Assembly (NCBI GenBank): GCA_003135635.1
Contig: PLCJ01000002.1
Span: 109,451 to 173,450, forward strand
Reading direction: 5' to 3'
DNA length: 64,000 nucleotides
Source: Candidatus Adlerbacteria bacterium
GTDB lineage: Bacteria > Patescibacteriota > Minisyncoccia > Phycocordibacterales > SBAW01
Below are positions 40,057-51,397 of the stretch, in pieces (within the stretch, counting starts at the first letter, position 1; each line of letters opens with the position of its first letter). A program made the translations under genes and the position numbers. The notes beneath the pieces were generated by a model. That model was not told the DNA's origin. It did not search any database and was given only the letters and a program-made list of their open reading frames with translations.

Positions 40057-40494
40057 ATGTCTTTTTCTGGAAATCGATCAGCGAGTGCGTCTTTCGTATC
40101 CCCGGTCTCTTTTGAAGAGAAGGAGGATCATTTTGTGATACGAAACGGAGTGCGATGTGCGGGCGTGCACCTCATTGTTGATCTATATGAAGCTGAGCGA
40201 CTTGATGACATTAATCATATAGAAAAAACGCTTCGGCAGTGTGTTTTAAAATCTGGTGCTACACTCCTGCATCTACATGTACATCCGTTTGAAATAAACA
40301 ATGGAATCTCAGGGGTCGCTGTTCTCGCCGAAAGTCATATTTCAATTCACACGTGGCCGGAACGGGGCTATGTCGCGCTTGATATCTTCATGTGCGGTAA
40401 TGCAAATCCCGATGCGTGCATTCCTGTGTTGCGTGAGGCATTCAACCCAAAGCGTGTTGAAGTTAAAGAACTACTTCGTGGAAGCACCACATAG
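40057..40494 (+). CDS. speD: S-adenosylmethionine decarboxylase proenzyme
   Basis: HLIVDL, LAESHISIHTWPE, DIFMCG. Confidence 0.93.
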   Translation: MSFSGNRSASASFVSPVSFEEKEDHFVIRNGVRCAGVHLIVDLYEAERLDDINHIEKTLRQCVLKSGATLLHLHVHPFEINNGISGVAVLAESHISIHTWPERGYVALDIFMCGNANPDACIPVLREAFNPKRVEVKELLRGSTT

Positions 40495-40521
40495 GCGATC
40501 TGAGTTTTTTAGCGCTGTCTC

Positions 40522-40594
40522 GCACCCTTAGCTCAGTTGGTAGAGCACACCCCTCACACGGGTGGGGTCGTAGGTTCGAGTCCTACAGGGTGCA
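40522..40594 (+). tRNA. tRNA-Val(CAC)
   Basis: Cloverleaf GCACCCT...AGGGTGC-A, loop CT-CAC-AC. Confidence 0.96.
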
Positions 40595-40789
40595 CCCCCA
40601 CTTGCCCCACAGGCAACATTTCACCCCGCACAATAAGCTCTTTGAATAAGGCTTTTTTCGATTCATAATCAGCCTTTCTAATTCTGTCCTACTGACACGT
40701 TATAGGACTCGAACTTTTTTCTATGCAGAGAGCAAAAAACACCTTTCCCCTTACAGGTAATCAGTGTTCTTTGAGACTACACGACACAG

Positions 40790-41491
40790 CTATTCTATAA
40801 AGAGCCCATCTTGCCGGAGTTCATCTTTCATTAGGCGTTCTATTTCTATTTGTTTACTGGCTATGTCCCGTAATCTTGCTAGCGACTGGTCAGTGCAGAT
40901 GTCTTTTATAGATAGGAGGAAAGATGTGAAATTCGGTTGCCCCAGGATTAGGTTTTTTAATCCTCCCCAAATTGACGAATCCTTGATCACAAAAGTTTTC
41001 CATCTTGCGGGTAGTTCTCCACGAAAGACCAGATACTTGTAATCTTCAAGCTTTTTGTGAAGTCCGGAAGAAGCTAGTAGGGTTGCCCTTGCCAGTTGGA
41101 CATTCAGGTTCTTAAGCTTGGTGTTGCTGTTTAGATCATTTCCAACCGCAGATAGATCACCAAAGGCAAAGGTACCCTCCCCACCCGACTTGACCTTCCG
41201 GCATTCATCCCCAGAGATGACACCTTTCGGCAGCACATACATCTCGCCCAGGAGTCTGCCATACGTTTCGCCTTTCCAGTCTCTTATGGTTGCCCAGTCA
41301 GAGGCGTTATTTTGGAGATGAAACCCTAGATAGACAACGAGGATCGAGACTGCGGGAGATAGACACGCCGAGAGAAGTATAGCCAGAGTCGACAGTTTAC
41401 GGAAATTATGCAATGAACTGCTCCCCTCTGGCGAAATAGTAAAGCTATGTGGAAAATTGTCAAAGCTTGAGATTGCTCGGGCGGTAGTCAA
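40790..41491 (-). CDS. Hypothetical membrane-anchored protein
   Basis: 233-aa ORF with one TM; start uncertain. Confidence 0.5.
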   Translation of the reverse strand: MTTARAISSFDNFPHSFTISPEGSSSLHNFRKLSTLAILLSACLSPAVSILVVYLGFHLQNNASDWATIRDWKGETYGRLLGEMYVLPKGVISGDECRKVKSGGEGTFAFGDLSAVGNDLNSNTKLKNLNVQLARATLLASSGLHKKLEDYKYLVFRGELPARWKTFVIKDSSIWGGLKNLILGQPNFTSFLLSIKDICTDQSLARLRDIASKQIEIERLMKDELRQDGLFIE

Positions 41492-41515
41492 TTAAAAGAT
41501 GTCACGATATAGCTC

Positions 41516-41725
41516 ATGTCTATCGATAAAAAAAGCCTCGCCGAGTTTCGAAAGCTGTACCAGGAAGAGTTCGGAAAGTATTTGTCTGAGGATGATGCGC
41601 GTGAGATGATTACGCGTCTCATCAACCTCTATAAGATTATCTACAGTCCCTTCCCCGGCGAGCACGGCAACAAGCCTACGCCGTTTTCGGAAGATCGGCT
41701 TGATCCCAGTGTTTCTTTGGAATGA
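41516..41725 (+). CDS. Small helical hypothetical protein typical of CPR islands
   Basis: EFRKLYQEEFGKYLSEDDARE...LINLYKIIY pattern. Confidence 0.6.
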   Translation: MSIDKKSLAEFRKLYQEEFGKYLSEDDAREMITRLINLYKIIYSPFPGEHGNKPTPFSEDRLDPSVSLE

Positions 41726-41782
41726 GACCGTATTCCATGATGGGGTAACGAACGAAGATAATCGTGGTATAATCTCTCCTCA

Positions 41783-42403
41783 ATGAGGAGATACGCTTTC
41801 ATTGATGTTCATAATACTGCCAGCACCGCTCAGCAAATGTTGGGAATTGTTATAGATTGGGCTAAATTGTGTGATTATCTAAAAAACAAAAGGTCTTGTA
41901 CTGAAGTTTTCTTCTACACTGGGATTGATCAAGGGGACGCGGAAACTGCTAACGAATTTGAAGCACTCTCTAAAATCAGCTGCTGTATGGTTAGAAGTAA
42001 AGCCGTTTTCGCCTATAAGAATAAGGATAAAGTCGTCGCTCTTAAGTGCGTGAAGTGTGGTAACGAGAACGTCCATATTGTAAATATGGGTTATACAAAA
42101 AAATCCAATTGCGATGTGGAGTTATCTGTAGACGCAATTGAAAAATCAGGCCCAGAAGTCGAGCTAATGATATTTACTGCGGACGGTGATTTTGAATATC
42201 TTATACGCAAAGCCTTAGACAAGGGTGTAATCAAGGTTGAGGTCGTTTCTTATGCAGGTAAAGATATACAAGCTGGGATGACCATATCCAGGTTCTCTAC
42301 AAAGCTAAGAAACTTATTCACTGAAAAACCAAATAAGGTCATTTATACTTCCCTTAGGGACATAAAGGATATAATTAAGAAGACAGTGCCCATTGCTGCT
42401 TAA
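41783..42403 (+). CDS. NYN/LabA (PIN-fold) domain protein with CxxC insert
   Basis: AFIDVHN, KSNCDVEL, TADGDF; TGGTATAAT shortly before ATG. Confidence 0.85.
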   Translation: MRRYAFIDVHNTASTAQQMLGIVIDWAKLCDYLKNKRSCTEVFFYTGIDQGDAETANEFEALSKISCCMVRSKAVFAYKNKDKVVALKCVKCGNENVHIVNMGYTKKSNCDVELSVDAIEKSGPEVELMIFTADGDFEYLIRKALDKGVIKVEVVSYAGKDIQAGMTISRFSTKLRNLFTEKPNKVIYTSLRDIKDIIKKTVPIAA

Positions 42404-42446
42404 AATGAAAACGCCCCCGCTTGCGCGTGGACGCTCTCGAATGACT
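42402..42446 (-). ncRNA. Candidate about 45-nt sRNA convergent on NYN gene
   Basis: TTGCTA-17-TATACT (42480-42452); GCAA-capped GC hairpin plus UUUU. Confidence 0.55.
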
Positions 42447-42815
42447 TTTCTAGTATACACGCGTCAAGCGAAGATAGCAAACGATTGGGGACAGCCAAAA
42501 TAGACTTTAAAATATGACTAAAAAAGACCTCCTCGTCCTCTTACACCGGATAGCAGATTACCGAGCAACGTTCCGAACTGCTCCTTGTCCGGCGAGAGCG
42601 GTGAAAAGGCTACGCCGCCTTCGGGAGATCATCGCGACCCCAATGCTTCTTTTCCAAATGCCGAATAATTGCTAATGTTTGGAGAAACTCGGGGTCGCGA
42701 GCGTTGTAAAGAGTTCTAATTCTGTCCAAAGCTCTGCACCGTTAATAAGTCAGCTTTAAATTAAGCCACAAATGCTCTACAATTTTCCTATGGTTTTGAA
42801 TCAACTGTCTGATGT

Positions 42816-43343
42816 ATGGTAACCAAACAACTCCTCGATTACATCCACCAAAATCTTGCTGCCGGACTTACGAGGGCGGATATTGAAAAGGAATTACTTA
42901 CCGCAGGGTGGCAAGCGCAAGATGTTAGTGAGGGGTTTACTGCGATAGTGGTGCCCCCTCCGGTAGCATCCGCTCCAATCCAGCAGGCTCAAGTCTCTCC
43001 CACAGATGACAACGCTGCAGAAGTGGCCCGCATACAGCATGAACTTGAGACGGAGACAAGGCAGCAAAAATATCGCTCTTTGTACCACGGCGCAACCGCA
43101 AAGACTCCCGTAGTTGGAGGTATCATCGGATGGTTAGTTAAGAAAAAAATAGTCGAAGGAGAATCACAAGCCAACATCGCTTTGCTCGGAGTTGCGATTA
43201 TTGCAGTCGTATTGGCAGTTGGTATTTTTATATGGGGCAATAGTAGCGGCTCAAGCAGCACCGTCCTAACCCCGCAGCAGTTACAGGAAATGCAGCATCC
43301 ACCTGACTTAACTACTCCAAGCATTTCAAACACAGCCCCATAA
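42816..43343 (+). CDS. Hypothetical membrane protein upstream of pilin
   Basis: LLDYI...L..AGW N-terminal helical domain common in CPR; one TM. Confidence 0.65.
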   Translation: MVTKQLLDYIHQNLAAGLTRADIEKELLTAGWQAQDVSEGFTAIVVPPPVASAPIQQAQVSPTDDNAAEVARIQHELETETRQQKYRSLYHGATAKTPVVGGIIGWLVKKKIVEGESQANIALLGVAIIAVVLAVGIFIWGNSSGSSSTVLTPQQLQEMQHPPDLTTPSISNTAP

Positions 43344-43348
43344 CGATC

Positions 43349-43843
43349 ATGCAAATCACAAAACGCGGATTCACACTTATCGAACTACTTGTCGTCATTG
43401 CTATCATCGGGCTTTTGGCGAGCATTGTACTTGTGTCACTCAGCGGTGCCAGAGCAAAAGCCTACGATGTAAGTCGTAAAAGCGAATTGAAAGAACTCCA
43501 AGCTGCGCTTGAACTCTATTACAACGATCACAACAGCTACCCCTCTACCAACGGGCAATGGTGGGGTAATAGTCCGAATGGAGGAAATCAGATCAATTGG
43601 ATTCCAGGACTTACGCCTACGTACATCAGCGTATTACCGCAAGACCCGGTGTATACCCCGAGTGCCTGTGGTGGATGGGGAGGAGCGTATCTTTATAATT
43701 CAAACGGTATTGATTACAAGCTGCTTTCACACTGTCCACAGAACTCGAGCGTGGCAAACACACTAACAACCGATCCATTCTACGATCTCGTCCGCCCGAC
43801 TTGGGCGTGGCAAGTAGAGACGCCCGGCGGGGTAAATTGGTAA
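43349..43843 (+). CDS. Type IV pilin / GspG-like pseudopilin
   Basis: RG-FTLIELLVVIAIIG prepilin motif; ALELYYND..YP; LPQDP. Confidence 0.93.
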   Translation: MQITKRGFTLIELLVVIAIIGLLASIVLVSLSGARAKAYDVSRKSELKELQAALELYYNDHNSYPSTNGQWWGNSPNGGNQINWIPGLTPTYISVLPQDPVYTPSACGGWGGAYLYNSNGIDYKLLSHCPQNSSVANTLTTDPFYDLVRPTWAWQVETPGGVNW

Positions 43844-43955
43844 ATTTGAGAGTTGTTAGAAGCTTTCTTATAGAACTATTTGTGTTGCCTCACCTGGGCC
43901 GGTGCGCTACCGTAAGAAAACACCCGCGTGCACCAAAAACAGACAGTTTGATAAA

Positions 43956-44029
43956 CGGAGTGTGGTATAGTGGCATTACGTACGCTTCGGGTGCGTAAAA
44001 CCCGAGTTCGATTCTCGGCACTCCGACCA
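43956..44029 (+). tRNA. tRNA-Pro(CGG)
   Basis: CGGAGTG/CACTCCG, loop TT-CGG-GT, encoded CCA. Confidence 0.95.
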
Positions 44030-44099
44030 ATTATGCGGAAAGAATGAATGTTTACTCTTGGTTCGTGCTTTATTTGGCGCTATATTACAGACGCAGAAG

Positions 44100-44170
44100 G
44101 GGCCCGTAGTTAAGTGGTAAAACGCTGCATTCGCATTGCAGAGGCGCGAGTTCGATTCTCGCCGGGTCCA
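44100..44170 (+). tRNA. tRNA-Ala(CGC)
   Basis: GGGCCCG/CGGGTCC, G3-U70, loop TT-CGC-AT. Confidence 0.94.
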
Positions 44171-44288
44171 CTTAGTATAGCTTTTATGAAATGGAAAAGG
44201 GCGCCATGTGAAGTGTTCCGAAGAACTATATCCACTAATGGCACCCAATTTTTTGCTGCGTCTCAACAGGAAGCATCGAGCTAACTGC

Positions 44289-44741
44289 CTACCAGCCACT
44301 GGATGAATGGAAGGGCCACGGTTTTCTTTTTTCAAGTTTCTTTTGTCTCTCTGCCTCGCAAGCCGGCACAAAGACAATTACTGCGAGAACTACGCAGACA
44401 ATAAAGGTCTCCCACCGATCAACTTTCAACCAAAAATACAATGGCCAAGATAGGAATACTCCTGCGAAGAAGAAGCCCACGCTTCCACAAAGTAGACTCT
44501 CGCTTGCGCGCGAGTTATTTGCTGTTTTTCTGGGCCAGAAATCTTTTGCACCCACGAAGCTGTAACCGCCGGCACATACAAAAGTAATTCCTCCCAACAC
44601 CAGCAATATGATAGCTAGCAACGGAAAGAACCACCCCATTCGTAGTAGCACAAGGGGAATGAGAACGAGAAATCCGATGGTCACCCAGAACGACTGAGAC
44701 TTGTAGAAAACCTCTTCTGAGGGTTTTCCCGGTTGGTCCAT
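44289..44741 (-). CDS. ORFan membrane protein (4 TM)
   Basis: TTGAAA-17-TATTCC, SD GAAAGGAG, hairpin terminator at about 44195-44246. Confidence 0.65.
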   Translation of the reverse strand: MDQPGKPSEEVFYKSQSFWVTIGFLVLIPLVLLRMGWFFPLLAIILLVLGGITFVCAGGYSFVGAKDFWPRKTANNSRASESLLCGSVGFFFAGVFLSWPLYFWLKVDRWETFIVCVVLAVIVFVPACEAERQKKLEKRKPWPFHSSSGW

Positions 44742-44905
44742 TTGCCACTCCTTTCGGGTAGGCTGGTTGTAGCATCCACAACTGGAATAGCATGGTTAGC
44801 CTTATTTTTCAAGTTTTTTGAGTGATCACAATTGACAAGAGGTAAAAATAATTTTCGTACGCGTGAAATGCTTGACGCTATATCTCTGGGCATATATTCT
44901 GTCTT

Positions 44906-45267
44906 GCAGATGACCGGGCGGGTAAGTTTTGTGCATGTGTCTTAAAACTTGTTTGACCCTTAAAAAAGGTCGACCAAGTAAGTGCACGAAATAAAAATCG
45001 TGATCAGCGTATGAACTACCAAACAGATGGCAACATCTGCAACGTAGGCTCTACGTAGAAAATGATTTAGAAAGTTGACGTGTCACTTCGGTGCCATTGA
45101 CAACAATCCTTATTCGAACGTAGGTGAAGAAACGGGAACAATGATTCCGTCGAGCAATCGATAGAGATCGTTTTCACACTTCGCCGCAGCTTAGAGAGCC
45201 CATCGGTTCACGTCTTTGGGACATCTTGGGAGGATTCGACACAGACATGTCGGATCCTTTTTATTTT
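44906..45267 (+). ncRNA. Candidate large structured ncRNA (about 320-360 nt)
   Basis: TTGACG-17-TATTCT (44872-44900), long-range 5'/3' pairing, GCAA/UUCG hairpins, terminator 45231-45267, no long ORF. Confidence 0.6.
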
Positions 45268-45288
45268 CATCGTGATAATATTATCTAC

Positions 45289-46029
45289 ATGAGTGGTGGC
45301 TTGCATATATCCCTCGCTGCAGAGCGAGTAGGAAGCCTTTTTGGCCTTCCGATAACCAATACGCTTGTTACAGAATGGGTGGTAATCGTTTTTCTTCTTA
45401 TTGTTGGCATAGTGGTGGGTCGCAACCCACAGCTCATACCCGGCAAGATACAGAATTTTTTTGAGATGCTGTTTGAATTCGTGCTTAATTATATGGAAGA
45501 GACGTTCGGGAGCCGCGATCTGGCAGAGCGGTTTTTCCCTCTTATTATAACGATTTTTCTGTTTGTTCTCACTTCAAATTTTTTTGACTTTCTTCCCATT
45601 GTGGGGAGCATAGGCTTTACTCAGCAGGGACAATTTGTACCACTCTTCCGACCAGTCAATACCGATCTCAATGTGACGCTTGCGCTCGCGATCGTTGCGT
45701 ATCTGGTGATTGAAATCACTGGCATTGTGATGCTCGGTTTCTTGAAATACGGCTCAAAGTTTGTTAACTTTAAGACAGGCGTCATCGGATTTTTCATCGG
45801 TCTCATGGAGCTCATCAGCAATACCGCGCGCCTCATCTCGTTCTCGTTCCGGTTGTTCGGTAATATCTTTGCAGGCACCGTGCTTATTGCGGTTATAAGT
45901 TTATTCATACCGCTTATTCTTCCCGTACCGCTTCTAATTTTTGAAACATTCGTTGCGGTGGTGCAGGCGGTTGTGTTCGCACTTCTCACCCTTGTTTTTG
46001 TGAAGGTTGCCATTAGTGAACCCCATTAA
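45289..46029 (+). CDS. atpB: ATP synthase Fo subunit a
   Basis: PITNT, SFSFRLFGNIFAG, VQAVVF. Confidence 0.96.
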   Translation: MSGGLHISLAAERVGSLFGLPITNTLVTEWVVIVFLLIVGIVVGRNPQLIPGKIQNFFEMLFEFVLNYMEETFGSRDLAERFFPLIITIFLFVLTSNFFDFLPIVGSIGFTQQGQFVPLFRPVNTDLNVTLALAIVAYLVIEITGIVMLGFLKYGSKFVNFKTGVIGFFIGLMELISNTARLISFSFRLFGNIFAGTVLIAVISLFIPLILPVPLLIFETFVAVVQAVVFALLTLVFVKVAISEPH

Positions 46030-46041
46030 TGTAAGAATTAA

Positions 46042-46293
<252 letters not shown>

Positions 46294-46310
46294 GCCCCGC
46301 GAACTTTTTC

Positions 46311-46757
46311 ATGTCCGCAGTCCTTGGCGTATTTGGCATTGATTGGCGATTGCTCGTCATAAATTTGATCAACTTCGGGCTCTTGCTTGGAGTCTTGTGG
46401 TATTTTCTCTACAAGCCCCTCACGCGCATGCTTGACCTGCGGAGAGAAAAAGTAGCGCAAGGGGTACACAATGCCGATCTAGCAGAACGACGCCTACGGG
46501 AGATTGAAGGTGCAGAAACCGCTCGTCTTGCCCAGGCAGCAACGCAAGCGGATACGCTTCTCTCTGAAGCACGCGCTAGCGCGACTCAAAAAGAACGCGA
46601 TATCCTGGCGCGTGGAGAAGCGGCCGCGGCATCGCTTCTTAGTGAAGCGCAGCGTCAGGCTGAGCAAACAAAACGTGAAGCGATAGCGAAAAGCAAAGAA
46701 GAAGTAGCAAAGTTGGTGGTGCTTGGCATGGAGAAGCTTTCTCACACGAGAAAATAA
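46311..46757 (+). CDS. atpF: ATP synthase Fo subunit b
   Basis: INF..L...L...LYKPL..MLD.R; coiled coil. Confidence 0.93.
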   Translation: MSAVLGVFGIDWRLLVINLINFGLLLGVLWYFLYKPLTRMLDLRREKVAQGVHNADLAERRLREIEGAETARLAQAATQADTLLSEARASATQKERDILARGEAAAASLLSEAQRQAEQTKREAIAKSKEEVAKLVVLGMEKLSHTRK

Positions 46758-46761
46758 TTGT

Positions 46762-47022
46762 ATGACCACTTCCGCTACCTATGCACAAGCGCTCTATGAA
46801 CTTACTGAGAATGCTCCGAGGAAGGGGACAAAGTACCTCAAGAATCTGCGCGGGGTACTTACTCGCCGCGGACACGAAAAGCTTTTTCCGAAGATTTTTT
46901 CTGACTACCAGAAACTTATGCTTAAGGAAAAACGTGCCAAAGCACATATCAAGACAACTCCAACCCTTGAACGTACGCGGCTCTTGCTTGAGCTGTATCG
47001 CCGGTTAATTACCACCCCATGA
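46762..47022 (+). CDS. atpH: ATP synthase delta subunit, short
   Basis: Position between atpF and atpA; YAQALYEL; only 86 aa. Confidence 0.7.
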   Translation: MTTSATYAQALYELTENAPRKGTKYLKNLRGVLTRRGHEKLFPKIFSDYQKLMLKEKRAKAHIKTTPTLERTRLLLELYRRLITTP

Positions 47023-48584
47023 ACACATTTATTGAGCAATTTAAAAAAGAAATAGAAGAATTTGTCCCAAGCGCGGGCACCAAGGACGCGGGGTTTGTGA
47101 CGCGGGTAGGCGACGGGGTCGCGGAGGCAGAAGGCTTGGGACACGCGGTTATGGCTGAAATGGTACGTTTTGATACTGCCCACGGTAAGTCGCTTACGGA
47201 GGCGGTTGAAGCGCCAGCAGAAGTCTACGGCTTGGTGCTTAACTTGGAGGAGGAATCGGTGCGCCTGGTTATTCTTGGCGATGCGGGGGCGGTGCGCGAA
47301 GGGATGCCGGTTATTGCAACGGGACAGATACTTTCTATTCCTGTTGGAGAGAGTCTTTTGGGGCGGGTTGTAAGCGCGCTTGGAGAGCCTCTGGACGGAC
47401 AGGGTCCCATCAAAGCGGCGAAGCGCAATTTTATTGAGAGGGAAGCTTATGGCGTCATGGATCGACAACCGGTCAACACGCCACTTCAAACGGGCATCAA
47501 GGCTATTGATTCTATGATTCCGATTGGCCGCGGACAGCGCGAGCTTATCATCGGCGACCGATATACCGGCAAGACCACGATTGCTATTGATACTATTTTG
47601 AGTCAGCTCAACGAACCCGCAGACACGCGTCCCGTGTGCATCTACGTTTCTGTGGGACAAAAAGAATCCAAGACCGCGCGTTTAGTAGCGCAGCTGCGCG
47701 AGCGCGGCGCGATGGAATACACAATCGTTGTTGATGCGGGTGCATCGGTCTCTGCGGCAGTACAATATCTGGCTCCCTTTGCGGGCGCTGCGATCGGGGA
47801 ATATTTTATGGAGCAAGGACGCGATGCCTTGGTTATTTACGATGATCTCTCTAAACACGCCATCGCGTACCGGCAGATTTCTCTTTTGCTGCGCCGACCG
47901 CCAGGGCGCGAGGCCTATCCCGGCGACATCTTTTATCTCCACTCACGACTCCTGGAGCGCGCCGCAAAACTCTCCGAAGAGAAAGGCGGAGGATCGTTAA
48001 CCGCACTTCCCATTATCGAGACGCAGGAGAACGATGTCTCTGCGTACATTCCCACAAATGTTATTTCTATCACCGACGGACAGATCTTTCTTGAGGCGGA
48101 CCTTTTTAATAAAGGTCTGCGTCCTGCAATTAATGCCGGTATATCGGTTTCGCGTGTTGGTTCTGCGGCACAAACAAAGGCGATGAAAAAAGTCTCTGGC
48201 AAGATTCGTCTTGAACTTGCGCAGTTCCGTGACCTTGAGGCATTCATGCAATTCTCCCAAGATCTCGATCCCGAGACAAAAAAACACATCGACTTTGGAG
48301 AGCGTTTGACCGCCATACTCAAGCAAAAAAATGGAGCACCAATGCCTTTTGAGAAACAAGCGGTGGTTATTTATGCAGCAATTAATGGGTATTTTGCACC
48401 CGTTGCGGTTGCTCGGATTCCTGAAGTAGAAGAGAAGTTTCTTGATTTTCTTGACCTGGAAGCAAAAGAGCTTCTTCCCGCTATCAAGAAAGAGCGTGAT
48501 CTGACCGCGGAGCTTGAAGGAAAACTTAAAGAAGCACTTCAGAAGTTTGTAAAGATGCATCCGAATCTTTTTGCAGGCACATAA
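47019..48584 (+). CDS. atpA: ATP synthase F1 alpha
   Basis: GRGQRELIIGDRYTGKT, PPGREAYPGD. Confidence 0.98.
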   Translation: MNTFIEQFKKEIEEFVPSAGTKDAGFVTRVGDGVAEAEGLGHAVMAEMVRFDTAHGKSLTEAVEAPAEVYGLVLNLEEESVRLVILGDAGAVREGMPVIATGQILSIPVGESLLGRVVSALGEPLDGQGPIKAAKRNFIEREAYGVMDRQPVNTPLQTGIKAIDSMIPIGRGQRELIIGDRYTGKTTIAIDTILSQLNEPADTRPVCIYVSVGQKESKTARLVAQLRERGAMEYTIVVDAGASVSAAVQYLAPFAGAAIGEYFMEQGRDALVIYDDLSKHAIAYRQISLLLRRPPGREAYPGDIFYLHSRLLERAAKLSEEKGGGSLTALPIIETQENDVSAYIPTNVISITDGQIFLEADLFNKGLRPAINAGISVSRVGSAAQTKAMKKVSGKIRLELAQFRDLEAFMQFSQDLDPETKKHIDFGERLTAILKQKNGAPMPFEKQAVVIYAAINGYFAPVAVARIPEVEEKFLDFLDLEAKELLPAIKKERDLTAELEGKLKEALQKFVKMHPNLFAGT

Positions 48585-48586
48585 AT

Positions 48587-50880
<2,294 letters not shown>

Positions 50881-50881
50881 T

Positions 50882-51121
50882 ATGCACGTTATCATCGCAA
50901 AAGTGGATGAAGTTTTTTTTGAGGGTGAAGCAGGCTCAGTGACTGCCCCTGGTGCAGAAGGGGAGATGACCCTCCTTCCCAGACATATGCCGCTCATTAC
51001 CACTCTTAAGAAAGGAATTATTACTGTACGGGACGTCAAGCCGTCTGAAGGGGTGCACAAATTTCCTGTTACCGGCGGGATTTTGGAAGTTGATCGCTAC
51101 GGGGTGACCGTAATTCTCTAG
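50882..51121 (+). CDS. atpC: ATP synthase epsilon, beta-sandwich only
   Basis: PGAEGEMTLLPRHMPLIT...GGILEV; 79 aa. Confidence 0.92.
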   Translation: MHVIIAKVDEVFFEGEAGSVTAPGAEGEMTLLPRHMPLITTLKKGIITVRDVKPSEGVHKFPVTGGILEVDRYGVTVIL

Positions 51122-51158
51122 CTGCCGCTCATTCTTTACGGTAGAGTAGAAAAATAAG

Positions 51159-51231
51159 GGGCCCATAGCTCATTTGGTAGAGCGCATCCATGGCATGGAT
51201 GAGGCGAGGGGTTCGAATCCCCTTGGGTCCA
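51159..51231 (+). tRNA. tRNA-Ala(GGC)
   Basis: GGGCCCA/TGGGTCC, loop AT-GGC-AT. Confidence 0.96.
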
Positions 51232-51397
51232 CAAAGTATACACATTTTTGAAATATTTAATCTTGGTTTGCCCTTTATTTTCTGCGAACGTGCACGCTCG
51301 ACCATTTGTACAACTCTTTACACATTGAAAACACGTGTTATTATGTCAATAGAGTACTTGTACCAACAATTCTCTAGCCAATCGAAAGGAATAGTGG

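Larger units (their letters stand above)
40676..42727. mobile_element. Probable decayed island next to tRNA-Val
   Basis: 14-bp direct repeat TTCTAATTCTGTCC at 40676-40689 and 42714-42727; inverted 12-nt T-arm copy at 40703-40714; no integrase seen. Confidence 0.45.

Noticed and set aside
42514-42675. 53-codon ORF MTKKDLLVLL...
   Set aside because: No recognisable family or SD and overlaps hairpin structures; possible remnant only
43929-43955. Third ECF promoter (GCACCAAA before tRNA-Pro)
   Set aside because: No CGTA -10 at the expected spacing
44906-45230. RNase P RNA
   Set aside because: Universal GAGGAAAGUC and ACAGAA..CGGC segments not found
44906-45267. Canonical or permuted tmRNA (GGGAGGATTCGAC, GTGCATG, resume-like motif)
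   Set aside because: No acceptor stem, T arm or CCA; GGATTCGAC is one arm of the terminator hairpin; the frame does not end in an Ala-rich tag
46905-47660. Long antisense ORFs in atpA/atpD and other core genes
   Set aside because: Typical antisense shadows of conserved genes with no expression signals
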